Source of the DNA: Nitrosopumilaceae archaeon
GTDB lineage: Archaea; Thermoproteota; Nitrososphaeria; Nitrososphaerales; Nitrosopumilaceae
Assembly: GCA_965208905.1 (NCBI GenBank)
Contig: OZ242365.1
Span: forward strand, 1,056,001-1,120,000
Direction: 5' to 3'
DNA: 64,000 bases
Below, piece by piece: positions 22,745-34,745 of this stretch. A program made the translations under genes and the position numbers. The notes beneath the pieces were generated by a model, which was given only the letters and a program-made list of their open reading frames with translations, was not told the DNA's origin and did no database searches. How positions within the stretch are numbered: position 1 is the stretch's first letter; every line of letters starts with the position of its first letter.

Positions 22745-23664
22745 ATTATATATTTTATTTATTTGAGTTTAATTACTAAACATTTGTTATTTACTTATAG
22801 TATCGACTTAAAACTATCTTACATATACTAGTCTGACTATGAGTACACAACACAAAACCATCCGTTATTGGGATGTGTACGTATAATATTCCCAGAAAAA
22901 ATCTAATATTTTTATACGTCCATAATTTTTATAATTTCAAAAACCATTCTTTCTGCATTTAGCTATGTAATTTACATTCACATGTGAGTTATTACAATAT
23001 AATGGCACCATAGGTGACGTGCATAATCTCTGGACTGAAATACAATATTTTAATAACTGTAAGAGTTATTTTTTTGTATATTTTATCTACTATGTCAACA
23101 GTTCAAAAAAAATGATGATATATCATCTGATGATTTGGTAGTTTTAATTGTTACAGTTATATTTCAATCTGAGTAGTGTGTCATTTGGTTGATATATTTA
23201 TTCAAATTTATTATATTTTTTACAGCATTAATTTAACCAACCATAATGGAACAGCTGAGTATGTGGTACAAGCGACACCTGAGAGTTTGAGGATGGTCAT
23301 CCAAGTTGCCAAACTTCTTAGTGAAGCAGTCGATGATATACGTATTATCCACAAATTACTGGAATAAAACAGGTAGATCTACAAAATACCAAGACCACTG
23401 CTAAATTATACTGGAATATTACAAGTGTGGCATGAATGCCTTTCTATTGAAAATTATAACCTATTTACCACTCTAAAATACCACACAATACATCTAAAGA
23501 GATCAATCACCCACGAGATCTTGCTTCTTTGGCGTTGTGTTAAACATCTCCAGCGGAGTGTTGTGGCTAATACACTAGTGTTGAAGTTAGAGTATGTTAC
23601 TCCTGCTAATACACTCCATCATACTCTCATGATTTTTTAAATTATACAAATTATAGTCACTAGG

Positions 23665-24600
23665 TTATGATTTAAATGACTGCCATCCTTTGTCATGTAT
23701 TTTGTAACTCTGCCCATCTTTTTTTACAAATACGCCACTGCCCTCCTCTACGAACCCTATCTGTATGAGTGGGGTATCTGTCTCTGATGCTATGCTGCAT
23801 ATCTTTGGTATGTATTTAGATGCGGCGGTAAACACAATCTCGTACTCTTCCCCGCCATTATACAAGAGATCATCCATATTCAAATTATTTTTTCTTGCAA
23901 ACTCTTCTATATTGTCTGCAATCGGTTCGTGGGTCACTATAATGGATATACCACTCTGTGCAGATATCTCGTTTAGAGTTGTGGATAGGCCATCACTAGA
24001 ATCCATGGACGCATTGATGTAATCTGCTATCTTTGCGCCAAACTCCAATCGAACTGTTGGATGTAGCACCGACCGGATATACTCATCAGATCCGTTTATG
24101 CTGTTTAACAACATGTGTAGTCCAGCAGCAGATGCGCCAAACGGCCCACTCACAAACACCGCATCATGTATTTGGGCACCATGTCTGTAAGGCTTCTGCC
24201 GGCCTCTGCCCACTAGACATACAGTTATGGACATCTCTGTGCTCTGTTTTGTGTCGCCACCAACTATACTACATCCTAATTCAGTGGATGCATCTGCCAG
24301 CCCGCCGGCTATCTCTTCAAAATCTAATGTATGATATGTTAATGGCATACTAATTGATATTAATGCCCAGAGAGGTTTGATCCCCTTTGCTGCAAAATCA
24401 CTTGCGCATGCAATCATGCTCTTTCTTGCGGCCTCCCTTAGAGACATGGATGGTGGCACATCGGTGTTATACGCCAATGTGTCTATATTTATGGCCAAAT
24501 TTGTATTGTTAATTTGTATTCGTTCAACATCGTCCCATGCAGAGTTAATACCAAACTTTTGTCGAAATATTCGTATTATGTCATGTTCTTTGACCATCAT
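23665..24600 (-). CDS. thiL: Thiamine-monophosphate kinase
   Basis: SDFAAKG, VGGDT, MDSSDGL, GGEEYEIVFT, GWQSF. Confidence 0.93.
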   Translation of the reverse strand: MMVKEHDIIRIFRQKFGINSAWDDVERIQINNTNLAINIDTLAYNTDVPPSMSLREAARKSMIACASDFAAKGIKPLWALISISMPLTYHTLDFEEIAGGLADASTELGCSIVGGDTKQSTEMSITVCLVGRGRQKPYRHGAQIHDAVFVSGPFGASAAGLHMLLNSINGSDEYIRSVLHPTVRLEFGAKIADYINASMDSSDGLSTTLNEISAQSGISIIVTHEPIADNIEEFARKNNLNMDDLLYNGGEEYEIVFTAASKYIPKICSIASETDTPLIQIGFVEEGSGVFVKKDGQSYKIHDKGWQSFKS

Positions 24601-25852
24601 ATATTATTGATTTAACCTGATTAATTACATTGCGACATTTGTCTAATGTGGGAGCCTCTGCAGACACTCTTATGATATCTTCGGTGTTGGATGGTCTGAT
24701 TAATATCCATGTGTCGTCATTTATGATTGTCCGTATGCCATCGGTGGTGTCCACTTGTGTTGATATCTGTGATATTTTGTCAATTATATTTTGTATTATA
24801 TCTGCACTTCCAATAATTTTTTCACGAATTATTGTACTACCTGTAATATCATTAAGTGTATCGTGCGCAAAACCATCATGTATCATGGATGCTATCAATG
24901 CAGAAGTAAATAGCCCATCTCGACAGTAATTAAATTTACTAAAGATAAAACCGCCACTACTTCCCTCACCACCAACAAAAGCACCATTATGCGTCATTGC
25001 GTCTATGACATTTGCCTCACCAACAGGAGCGCGCCATACTCTCCCTCCTCTATCTGTTATGTATCTCTCGATTAATACACTACTGTCCATACTTATGACA
25101 AATTTGCGATATCCTTGTTTTATTGCTGCTGCCACACCCAGACCCAGAGTTACATCCGGCGGCTGTACCGCCCCATTCATTACTAGGACCAGCCTGTCCC
25201 CATCCGTGTCAAAGGCTACCCCTGCATCATATTTTGTAGACTTGGTTACTAAATCTTCTAGACCGCCCGCGGTGGGATCAGTTCTGATGTGCGTATTGTG
25301 AATGATATCTGTCTGACATCCTATTTTTTTGAGTATCTTTGGGGCAATATCTGTGGCAGCTCCACCTCCAGCATCTATCAGTATGGATGGTGTACCATCA
25401 ACTTTGACTATATCCAGTATATCATCGACATAGGATGATGTGTAATATTTTGTATTGCCATAGGAGTTTTTATTTAATATATTATTTGTGCCAGACTTTA
25501 TGCGATTTATCTCTGCCTTGTTTACAGATCTTCCATTTATTATAAATTTTAGACCATTCCATTCTATAGTGTTGTGTGAGGATGTGATGACTATTCCAGC
25601 ACCATATCTTCGTGCCTCTCGAAATATAACCGGCGTTGGCATCACACCTAAATCTAATGTATCAATGTTGTAACTTGCCAGAACACTAGATACAATATTT
25701 GATATCATATTACTTGTGGGTCTGGTGTCCCGGCCAATCACGCAAGTCTTGCTATTCATTATGCCCACAAACCCTCTACAAAATGATATAGTATCCTGTA
25801 GTGTGTAGTCTTTTCCCACTATCCCCCTTATTCCTGAGATTGTAACCTTCAC
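24581..25852 (-). CDS. Phosphomannomutase/phosphoglucomutase family protein
   Basis: SGIRG, GRDTR, TSSHN, DTDGDR, GEGSSGG, RPSNTE. Confidence 0.93.
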   Translation of the reverse strand: MKVTISGIRGIVGKDYTLQDTISFCRGFVGIMNSKTCVIGRDTRPTSNMISNIVSSVLASYNIDTLDLGVMPTPVIFREARRYGAGIVITSSHNTIEWNGLKFIINGRSVNKAEINRIKSGTNNILNKNSYGNTKYYTSSYVDDILDIVKVDGTPSILIDAGGGAATDIAPKILKKIGCQTDIIHNTHIRTDPTAGGLEDLVTKSTKYDAGVAFDTDGDRLVLVMNGAVQPPDVTLGLGVAAAIKQGYRKFVISMDSSVLIERYITDRGGRVWRAPVGEANVIDAMTHNGAFVGGEGSSGGFIFSKFNYCRDGLFTSALIASMIHDGFAHDTLNDITGSTIIREKIIGSADIIQNIIDKISQISTQVDTTDGIRTIINDDTWILIRPSNTEDIIRVSAEAPTLDKCRNVINQVKSIIYDGQRT

Positions 25853-26696
25853 TGTACAAACGTAACACATATGGGAATTATATATTTGCCTTGTACTTTT
25901 ATGAATAATCTCTCCCGTATGGGAAATTAATATCGGCCATCGATGAAAAAGATTAAATCATGCATTCAAATATTGTGCATCTGTATTTTCGACAAAAATA
26001 CAGTAACAGCAGAGATCAAATCCGCCTTAAAATAACACACTTGAACTATATAATATATGATGATGACGATACATTGACACCTACATTCGTTAAACCAGAA
26101 AATTTATTTTTACACCTTGCTATGAATAATCAGATATTCTATCTTGTTGCCATGTATCATCTTGCATATGTCATTAGAGGTTTGTATAATGGCAGTTCTA
26201 TGTCTTATTTGTTCACTAAATATTCTATTTGATATTGTAATACCAAACGACTTATTTCCCAAAATATAATATATTATTTGCAGTGCAGACAGGCATACTG
26301 CCAAAAGTGTCTCAATTGTATAAAATCGTGGATGTCACGTGTAACACTGACAAGAAAAGTTACACGTTACCATATGCAAAAATATGTCACCTAGAAAAAT
26401 AACTGGTATATGTGGAGTTAACATATGCGGTGTGTATAGTCGCCGTACAGTCGGTTGGTAATGTCAGACTATATGAGAAGAATACCATGCGCAATATAGG
26501 GTATAAAAAAACTCTTATGAGACTACACAAAAAACTAGACTTTATCTACAGAAAGATGGTACACAGACAACTTGACAAACTTCCGAAAACTCACTATGAT
26601 AGGTGGCCACATACGACAAGTCAATGTGCCAGTCATACATATCTGTGAGACAGGTTCGATTACGCATAAATTCTAGTGTAGTGTAGAGCCCAATAT

Positions 26697-26770
26697 GCCT
26701 CGATAGCTCAGCCTGGTAGAGCGAACGCCTCGTAAGCGTTAGGTCGCGGGTTCAAAGCCCGTTCGAGGCT
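26697..26770 (+). tRNA. tRNA-Thr(CGT)
   Basis: Acceptor GCCTCGA/TCGAGGC, anticodon arm AACGC-CT CGT AA-GCGTT, T-loop GGTTCAAA. Confidence 0.95.
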
Positions 26771-26865
26771 TTTTCATATTCAATGTCTATCTCCAACTCT
26801 TTACCTAGGCCTTTCCACCATTTTGGTACTCTCTGTGACACAGTAATTATACAACAGCATGCCCA

Positions 26866-27039
26866 TTATACCTTTTCCATTCTATCTCGGAGTCGCTTGC
26901 GGTACCAAATGACGGCCATGGCAACGCCCGCGCACGCCCCAAATACATACCACCTGTAAGGACTATCCATCATGCCCAAAAATGAGTAGATGGTTCCTCC
27001 TATGGCTGCAAACCCGATCAACTCTAGTAATTTTATCAA
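26866..27039 (-). CDS. Small two-TM membrane protein
   Basis: Hydrophobic hairpin plus basic tail; start uncertain. Confidence 0.55.
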   Translation of the reverse strand: MIKLLELIGFAAIGGTIYSFLGMMDSPYRWYVFGACAGVAMAVIWYRKRLRDRMEKV

Positions 27040-27322
27040 TCTGTTATGTGTTACGTTATACAGTGATATAATCCTGTAGCTGAGCTTGGGGTTTATCCCA
27101 CACAAGCTTGGGCGATACTACGCCGCATCTCTGAGATAGTCTGTCCGCCCTGTATGAGTGATGTTCTTGATGTCTCCTTTGTGATATGCTAATAGCAGAA
27201 CGCGCTAATGTGCTTTGGCGGTGTCCAGCGATAAGTGTTCTAAAGCGGCCCACCACACGCCCCGCTTACCTCCCACCAGGTTCATGTCACGCAGATTTAC
27301 TAGTTCTTATGTGGTAATTCAT

Positions 27323-28569
27323 TGGAGTGGACCCCATAGAATGTTACTGTTTTCGGCATGATTTTACATACATCTTCCATCATTTATTTGTCATCTCCAA
27401 CTGTTCGGCAAATTCTACTGGTGTCATGTATCCGATAGAGGAATGAATCCTCTCGGTGTTGTAATCTACAAAGGCCTTTGCAATGATCGTCTCTGCCTCC
27501 TGATAGTTCGCAAACTCGTGCGGCCAGATGTATTCCTTTTTCAGCGTCTTGTGAAATGATTCGACATGTCCGTTCTGCTCCGGCGTATTCTTGTAGATGA
27601 ATTCATGTTTGCCGATGCCAAGGGCCTGAACCGCATGTCTAAAGTCGCGGCTCGTATACTGGTTGCCGTTGTCCGTACGCAATCGTAATTGTGAGCAGTC
27701 AGGTTTCTCTGCGGCAACCGCGTTGGTGATTGAGGTGATTGCAATGTCTCGTGTGGCATTGACATCAAACGCGTAGGCGATCCACTTGCGCGTAAAGCAG
27801 TCAATTACGTTGAAGCAGTAGCACCAGCCGTCTATACCGCACCAGATGTATGTGATGTCCGTCTCCCACAACTGGTGTGGGGCTTTGGGTTTGAAGAGCT
27901 TTTGACCCGCTCGAATGATGTCGTTTTTGGTATTTTGTGGCTGGATGTAGCCCATTTTGCGATATATCCGCTGTATCTGCTTGCGGTTCACCACAATTCC
28001 CGTATCGCGCGTTATCTGGGCCGCCATGCGCCGTGTGCCGTACGTGGGCCTCTTTCTGCTCGTATCTAGCACAGTGCTCAATATATCCGGATTCAATCCC
28101 ATGTCTCTGGGCTTGGGTTTGTAGTACCATTGGCGCCTGGATACGCCCGCATACCCTAGCGACTTGCGCAGGCTCAAATGTTGTTCCTGCATGATTTTTA
28201 CCGCGTTCAATCGTTGCTTGCCTCCAAGGTTTTTTTTAAAGCGTCGTTTGCGATTGTCAGATCCCCTATGATTCGCTTTAGGTCGCCGTTCTCCTTTTTG
28301 ATGGCCTTTATCGGATCCTTCTTTCCGTGATGGGTCAGTCCGGACTTGCCTGCGTCCATGAACTTTTGCCGCCAGGCTTGAAACGTTTGGGGATGAACGT
28401 TGTGCTTGCGGCACAGCTCGGCCGTGCCAATATTGGTCTTGATTGATTCCAAAACGATCTGGATCTTTTGGTCTGGAGTAAACTTTGTTCTTACCATGGC
28501 ATCATCCCTCCCATTACGACTTTAAGCTGTATGAACGTGAGTGTTCTCATTCTAGCGGGGTCCCCACCA
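27323..28569 (-). mobile_element. IS3-family IS, copy 2 (1247 bp)
   Basis: Reverse complement of copy 1 with identical ORF translations; flanks TCAT/GAGA, no TSD. Confidence 0.96.
27380..28497 (-). CDS. IS3 transposase OrfAB (-1 frameshift)
   Basis: Same translation as copy 1. Confidence 0.93.
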
Positions 28570-28626
28570 GAGATCACATACTAGTTTTGTGGTCTTATGG
28601 ATATCCATTCTAATAGTTATACAAGA

Positions 28627-28966
28627 TTATAGTCTAGGTTTTTTTAAAATATCGTTGGTTATAGTAATCTCTCCGATTATACGCTTGAAATTTTCTGTCT
28701 CTTTAGAATGGTTTTTGGTTAGTATCCCTTTGTCTGCAAGGGCTTGCTTGTCTTCTTGAAGGAACTTTTCATTCCAGCTTTGAAACATGGTCGGTGAGAC
28801 GTTGTGCTTGCGATATATTTTGGCGACAAATATACTTGCATTAAAAAAATTCTGATACAATATTGGATTTCTCCTGTGGAGTTTGTTTTTTAGTCATGTA
28901 TTGTTTGTATTCCTTGCATCAAAAAACATTTGGTATAATGGATCTCATTATAGTGAGGTCATCACC
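28627..28966 (-). pseudogene. Degenerate IS3 remnant (left IR + orfA)
   Basis: RKHNVSPTMFQSW...KRIIGEITITNDILKK resembles OrfA; TGGTGATGACCTCACTATAATGAGA resembles the IS3 left IR. Confidence 0.8.
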
Positions 28967-29194
28967 AGATCAGATAATTTATTAGAATTACTATCTTGAA
29001 GTTTTATGGCTTTTTTTTATAATTATTTTTAGATGTGCATATGCAAATAAGTAGTGCCAAATGTAAAAAACACAGATAAATTTGTATTTTGGAGACTCGT
29101 ATAGAACAAATTTAAAACACTAAAAGTCAAATAATTATATTTATCTTCATGCCAGATATTATAGCAATTGTTTTTGCCTGCTTATGAATAATGT

Positions 29195-30016
29195 CTAGTA
29201 TTCAAAAACACCTTGCTTGTATGATCCAAACACATCTAAAATAAGACATCTCTCTCTTATGGCGTCCATCATTACTTTATGTTGTTGTATATGACCCTCA
29301 AAGTCTACAAAAAATACATACTTCCAACCCGATATTGGTCGCGAGGTTATTCGGGTTAGATTCACATCCCGCATCAAATTTAGTATTGTGTGTAATGATC
29401 CTTTGTTATGATGTAATGTAAAAGCTATTGTGGTCTTATATTTTATATCTGGTTTATACTCTATAGAGTCCTTTCCAATTATTAAAAATCTGGTAGTATT
29501 GTCTTTATTATCATTTATCCCCTCCATTATTATCTTCATGTTGTATAGTTCGGCGGCATCCCTGCTAGCTATGGCTGCAATGCTCCCATCTCCTGTACGT
29601 TTCACCATAGAGACACTTGCTGCGGTATCATAATACTGCGTCGGCAGTAGATTGTGTTTTTTGAGGAATTTTTTACATTGGCCAAGTGCTTGGAGATGAG
29701 AGTATACCTGTTTTATGTCGTTTAAATCTCCACTATTCCCAATCAAGCAGTGTCGTATGGGCTCGTACCACTCGCCAATTATGTGCAGACTGTTTCTAAC
29801 AGAGTAGATGGCATCATTGGAGTCTGCAACCTCACCATAATGTGAGTTTTCTACAGGTATTACAGCTTGGTCGGCATCACCAAGTATGATCATGTCTAAT
29901 GCAGCTTCAAATGTCATTGCACTTATTGGTGTACCAAATCTTTTGGCCACCGTATATCCGTATGCACCCGCCTCACCTTGATAAGATATTTTCATGTTAT
30001 ACACTCTATCCATCAC
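29195..30016 (-). CDS. pheA: Prephenate dehydratase (AT-rich copy)
   Basis: YQGEAGAY, PVENS, SHLQALGQC, NTTRF, ACT domain. Confidence 0.9.
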   Translation of the reverse strand: MMDRVYNMKISYQGEAGAYGYTVAKRFGTPISAMTFEAALDMIILGDADQAVIPVENSHYGEVADSNDAIYSVRNSLHIIGEWYEPIRHCLIGNSGDLNDIKQVYSHLQALGQCKKFLKKHNLLPTQYYDTAASVSMVKRTGDGSIAAIASRDAAELYNMKIIMEGINDNKDNTTRFLIIGKDSIEYKPDIKYKTTIAFTLHHNKGSLHTILNLMRDVNLTRITSRPISGWKYVFFVDFEGHIQQHKVMMDAIRERCLILDVFGSYKQGVFEY

Positions 30017-30059
30017 CTAATATAAGAGAGATAATTTAAAATCGCACAATTTAGTATTT

Positions 30060-31382
30060 AATCTTTAGAATACCACCAGTTATACGATATATCGCCAGTG
30101 AGGCCATCGTATGTGCCTATACGGGTCCATTCATTGGCTACAACACCCCTATACCGTATTGTATTACATGTTTAGTACCACTATACACCAACCCCGATAA
30201 TGTTGTGTAATACGAGAGTGCAGCTGGCATCACTGCATCCATGATATGAGGGTTCGTACTTTGGGACAGCAACAGTGTATTGCCTAGAATCCAGACTGAG
30301 TCATATGCCAGATAATGATATAATTTCGTATCATCACCATACTTTTCACGTATAATATCAGATGTCAATGTATAAGGAGCATCCAGGCGTACGCCCACAA
30401 CATTTTGCGCAAACGTACTTTCTAGTATATCCACCAGGCCTATTGCAGAGTCAGATACACACCAATGTATGTTGTGTAATGTATCATATTGTGATGATTC
30501 AACCAAGACTTGATACTCGCTACCACTACCCAGTACCACAACCCCCACATGTTCTACGCCATATTTATCAGACATGCGGGACGTCTCATGTATGATACGC
30601 TGTACCTGTGTTTCAGTATTATATTATACCGGAACCGTCTCCATATCATTCAATACGGATGTTAAATTATTCAGTAGGTGTTTGGTTGCATCATTATATA
30701 ATATCACCATACCGTATATGTCATCATCATATATGACAGCACCAAATGCAACAGCGGTACTTCTGTCGGATGGGTACAAGTCGCGCATTGTACCAGATGT
30801 GCAGCAGCTTATATCAAACACATTATACTCAAAATCGGTAATCGGATCCAGTATTAATGAAATATTATTTGGTAGAGTATCGTTGTAGTGTATGGGCGTC
30901 ACCTGAAGAGGCCATGGATGGTTTTCTGCTTCTAAATGTTGATTAAAGTCATTTACACCAAGGTCTCCACGGCATAATGCAGGTCGGCTTGATTTTACCT
31001 GATGATGATATGTTGCGCAACCTTGCTAATGAAGTGCAAGATGCCATTATGCTTCACGAATGACGCATTTACTATCTGATGTATACGTCATATCTATACG
31101 AAGGGCGGTATTATCATACATTAATACGGGAATTGTTAGTGGGTGCAGAGTATGCAATACTATAGGAAGAGAGTCAGGTGTGGTATTATTTGGTCCTGAA
31201 TGGCCATCATATATCGATATATCATGTATTAGTGCAGCATCATCACAGTGTATGACAACCTAGTATTCGGTGGTATTAGATGGTACTGTAGCAGTGTAGT
31301 GGGCGGCATATACCTCAAATCCATTGGCGCTTGCAAGTGTAAATGCACATAATATTCCCACCATCACAAGTTGCACTCTCAT
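30060..31382 (-). pseudogene. Fragmented ABC substrate-binding (branched-chain amino acid type) gene
   Basis: Signal-peptide-like start at 31382, fragments GVNDFNQHLE and YLAYDSVWILG, several stops and frameshifts. Confidence 0.55.
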
Positions 31383-32018
31383 AATACCACAAATATGCAA
31401 CCACTGTTAAATATAGTGTCCATATAAAATCCAAAAACTATCAAAACTTTAATAATTTTTTGTCCTCATGTGGGGCACTATATTGAAATGTCAGGTGGTC
31501 TACACTGTTGTTGTCAATCTTTGTTACATGACACGTATTTGTAAAATTTTCTATTATGTCAGGGAGTGTGTGATAATTTTTTTTAATTTTGCAGTTTGTT
31601 AAATTGTGTCGTATTTTTTACTATATAATTTGGTTTTCAAATAATTTTTGTGTAAAATTATATCATAATACGGATATATTTTTTTATAAATTTTAATCCC
31701 GCATCAGTTTTAATACTATTTCCGTTCAGTAGTCTGAATATCATATACAAAGTTGTACATAATAGATCGTGTGATATGTTAATTATTATCAACGGGTGAA
31801 TACAAATAAAAAAAGTACCGATGCAACCCCTCATTTAAACAGTATTAAATTATATAATGTTTAATTTGTCTCAGTATCTTGAACATTACCTGATGCAGAT
31901 ATCTCTGGTTAAATGTTATAAAAGACAAGTGTACGGTTCAAGAGATACTTGATGTGTGATCATCCAACCACATAGTAGGAACGCCACAATATATTTAAAA
32001 AAATATCATGCCAACAGA

Positions 32019-33353
32019 CTACAATACAACTTTGCCCGGATTAAATATTGTATAAGGGTCAAACAACTCTTTGAGACGTAAAAATGCATTGTAATTCTTA
32101 TCGCCGTACTGCTGTGCCACATAAGGGGTTCGGCCTAAACCATCGCCATGCTCAGCAGTTATAGTTCCATGCATCTGCATTATACTGTCCAGATACCATT
32201 TTGACAGATGCCTATTGGCAGGGTGACGCACATGTATGTTGCCATTACCAATATGGCCATAATAGTATACTTTTTGACTTGACCGTCTCTCTAGTTCATA
32301 TAGCAACTCCATTAAAGATGGTATCTTTTCAAGTGGGACGGCAACATCTTCTATCATATCTGGCGTGTCACGATAGTACGACATTGTGCGTGAGAGGGCC
32401 GAAGACCTGTGGGACCACCATATTTGAGCATCAGACTTATCTTCACATAGTATAATTTTACCTTGTGCTATGTTGTGTAATGTGTCATACCACTGTACTA
32501 AAGGCACATCAAACTCCACAAACAGCACTGTATTATCATCATTATACAGTACGCCCGGGCCCATTATCTCCAGCGACAGTGGATTTAATTTTAATATATT
32601 AATACAGTCAGAGGCGGCGGCATGTCCATCTGCATAAGATATTATGACAAGATAGACCAGTGATGGTTTAGTAAAAGTCTTTAAATCAACAGATACAATT
32701 ACACCCAAGGTTCCCTCAGAGGCAGCCACCACTTTATGCGAGTCTTCGGGTGTGGTAACAGCATCCAGTCTGTATCCGGATGAGTTTTTTGTGGTACACG
32801 GATACATATCCAAGTCGATATCAGAGCATATATCATATATCATACCAGAATAATGTTCATTATCCGGAAGTGTAATTATATCACCACGTCCATCAATTAT
32901 GGTAATCTTGATTAAATTATCTATCGTACAGCCATACTTTAGTGAGTGACTTCCAGCAGCATTATTTGCTACCATTCCTCCCACCGTACAGTATGGACCC
33001 ACTGAAGGGTTTGGTCCATAAAGGCGCGACTTAGACTCCAATATTTTATCCAACATGCCCTTGTACACGCCAGAACCTGCTGATAATACATCATTATTTA
33101 GTGCAAGATCATTGAACAGTCTCATGTCCAGTATTATGCCAGAGTTTAGGGCTCCACCAGTCAAACCAGTACCACCGCCCCTACACGTTATGGTGGTATT
33201 ATTGTGTGTGGCATGATGTATAATGTGTTGTATATCCTCTAGATTTGAGGGCACATAGACAGAGTCGGGTATGATGGAAAATCCACTAGCATCAACCGAG
33301 TAAAATCTGCGGTATGGTAGATCCTTTATAATTTTATTCTGTAATAATCCCAT
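32019..33353 (-). CDS. FAD-binding oxidoreductase (GlcD/Dld-like), AT-rich copy
   Basis: RGGGTGLTGG, TVGGMVANN, SEGTLG, GHIGNGNIH, AEHGDG, NPGK. Confidence 0.93.
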   Translation of the reverse strand: MGLLQNKIIKDLPYRRFYSVDASGFSIIPDSVYVPSNLEDIQHIIHHATHNNTTITCRGGGTGLTGGALNSGIILDMRLFNDLALNNDVLSAGSGVYKGMLDKILESKSRLYGPNPSVGPYCTVGGMVANNAAGSHSLKYGCTIDNLIKITIIDGRGDIITLPDNEHYSGMIYDICSDIDLDMYPCTTKNSSGYRLDAVTTPEDSHKVVAASEGTLGVIVSVDLKTFTKPSLVYLVIISYADGHAAASDCINILKLNPLSLEIMGPGVLYNDDNTVLFVEFDVPLVQWYDTLHNIAQGKIILCEDKSDAQIWWSHRSSALSRTMSYYRDTPDMIEDVAVPLEKIPSLMELLYELERRSSQKVYYYGHIGNGNIHVRHPANRHLSKWYLDSIMQMHGTITAEHGDGLGRTPYVAQQYGDKNYNAFLRLKELFDPYTIFNPGKVVL

Positions 33354-34663
33354 CTCTCTGGATCAAACTTTGCCACAAATTCAGCTTCTTCGCGGTCTAT
33401 TCTAGATTGTATTACATCACGCAAGGCAAAGCTTGTCAAATATTTGAACATCTTTGTGTGTGCCTGCATTACAAAGAGGTGGCGCATCTGCTGACCCCCT
33501 CCCAGGCCCCAGTAACCCATGCGCAAGGCTAGAGGTTCTAAAAATACAGTATTATGTAAAGCATAATTTACATCATTAATTCTTGGATCCAAAGTATAAC
33601 TCTCCAGAGGACCACCTTTGGCAAATCCCAATATCTCACCAGTACAGTTGTTTAGGCGCAATGTGTTTAGTATAATCTCTGGATCCCGTATGGATTGTTC
33701 AAAGGATTCGGGGCTAAACTGTAGTGGTTTTGGTAGCTCGGCAAATATATCAAAGAGTGTACTAATAAATTCTGGATTATTTCGTGCCTCCATGGTCTCT
33801 ATGGTGGGTACAAATCGCAGGTTATCATATGTGTACTCTGCTTGTATCGTGATCTCTTTGGTGCGTAGATGCATAAACGACAGTACCGCATTAAAAAAAT
33901 TCTTGCGTAACTCATATGGTATGGATGATAGTACATGTTGGCACATCTTTGACTCGTTGTTAAGTAGATCCTCAAAGTATGCTACAGAGCGCCTTACAAT
34001 CAGTGATGGGTGCCAGGCTAGTGCATGTGCATTCATCTTTGCCAGTACCATAGCATGAGCAAAGTCGCCCAATGCATAGCCGCATATGCGGTCCACCACA
34101 GATAGGTACCAACCCAAATTCATATAGTGTTCCTGGAGCTCTACGTTGTCTCTAGTAAGTTCAGATGATGCAAAACACTCATCTATCTTAGCTTGTGCCA
34201 CGTCCCGGGTTTGGCCGCTCCATGGATGTGTAGTTCGAAGTATGAGCATCTTTACGATATTTAAATCGACATCAGCTTTGCGCATCATATTCAAGACATC
34301 CTTGTTGCTTGTGATAAAAGAGAGTACACTCATCTCATGGGGCTTATCCATTATTTTTAGAGGATCAAAGTCGTGAAAGAGTGCAGCGGTGTATATATGA
34401 CGAATATCCGATTTTGTAAAGTTCATCTTGTTCTTTGTGGTACATGTTGATAAAAGGGAGATGTATGTGACCGCCAGTTCATGATCTATGTTGTGATAGC
34501 CATAGTATTCTTTACCAAGGCCCATACTCTCAAACAACTCAATAGCGTAGTCTAACATATCTATAAGAGAGGGCTCCTGTAGGCCACTCTCCTGTAGTAT
34601 CTTGACAATGTTGTCACGACTTGCCAATTCTGCAGGAGTCGTAACACTAGTCAGCGGCAACAC
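33326..34663 (-). CDS. HD-domain protein
   Basis: YHNIDH...ALFHDFD...D motifs. Confidence 0.8.
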   Translation of the reverse strand: MLPLTSVTTPAELASRDNIVKILQESGLQEPSLIDMLDYAIELFESMGLGKEYYGYHNIDHELAVTYISLLSTCTTKNKMNFTKSDIRHIYTAALFHDFDPLKIMDKPHEMSVLSFITSNKDVLNMMRKADVDLNIVKMLILRTTHPWSGQTRDVAQAKIDECFASSELTRDNVELQEHYMNLGWYLSVVDRICGYALGDFAHAMVLAKMNAHALAWHPSLIVRRSVAYFEDLLNNESKMCQHVLSSIPYELRKNFFNAVLSFMHLRTKEITIQAEYTYDNLRFVPTIETMEARNNPEFISTLFDIFAELPKPLQFSPESFEQSIRDPEIILNTLRLNNCTGEILGFAKGGPLESYTLDPRINDVNYALHNTVFLEPLALRMGYWGLGGGQQMRHLFVMQAHTKMFKYLTSFALRDVIQSRIDREEAEFVAKFDPERWDYYRIKL

Positions 34664-34745
34664 AATTATACATTAGAATAACATATTTTTAAAAGATTAT
34701 GATTTGCCAAAAATAGATTAATGGTTATGCAGCCATGCAGATATA

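Noticed and set aside
23176-23640. Short plus-strand ORFs as intact genes
   Set aside because: Interrupted by stops and unidentifiable; probably pseudogene debris.
25873-25884. GGGAATTATATA matching the TnpB-element TIR
   Set aside because: Only 12 AT-rich bases, no partner end or TSD seen, and it sits where the promoter of the minus-strand phosphomutase gene is expected.
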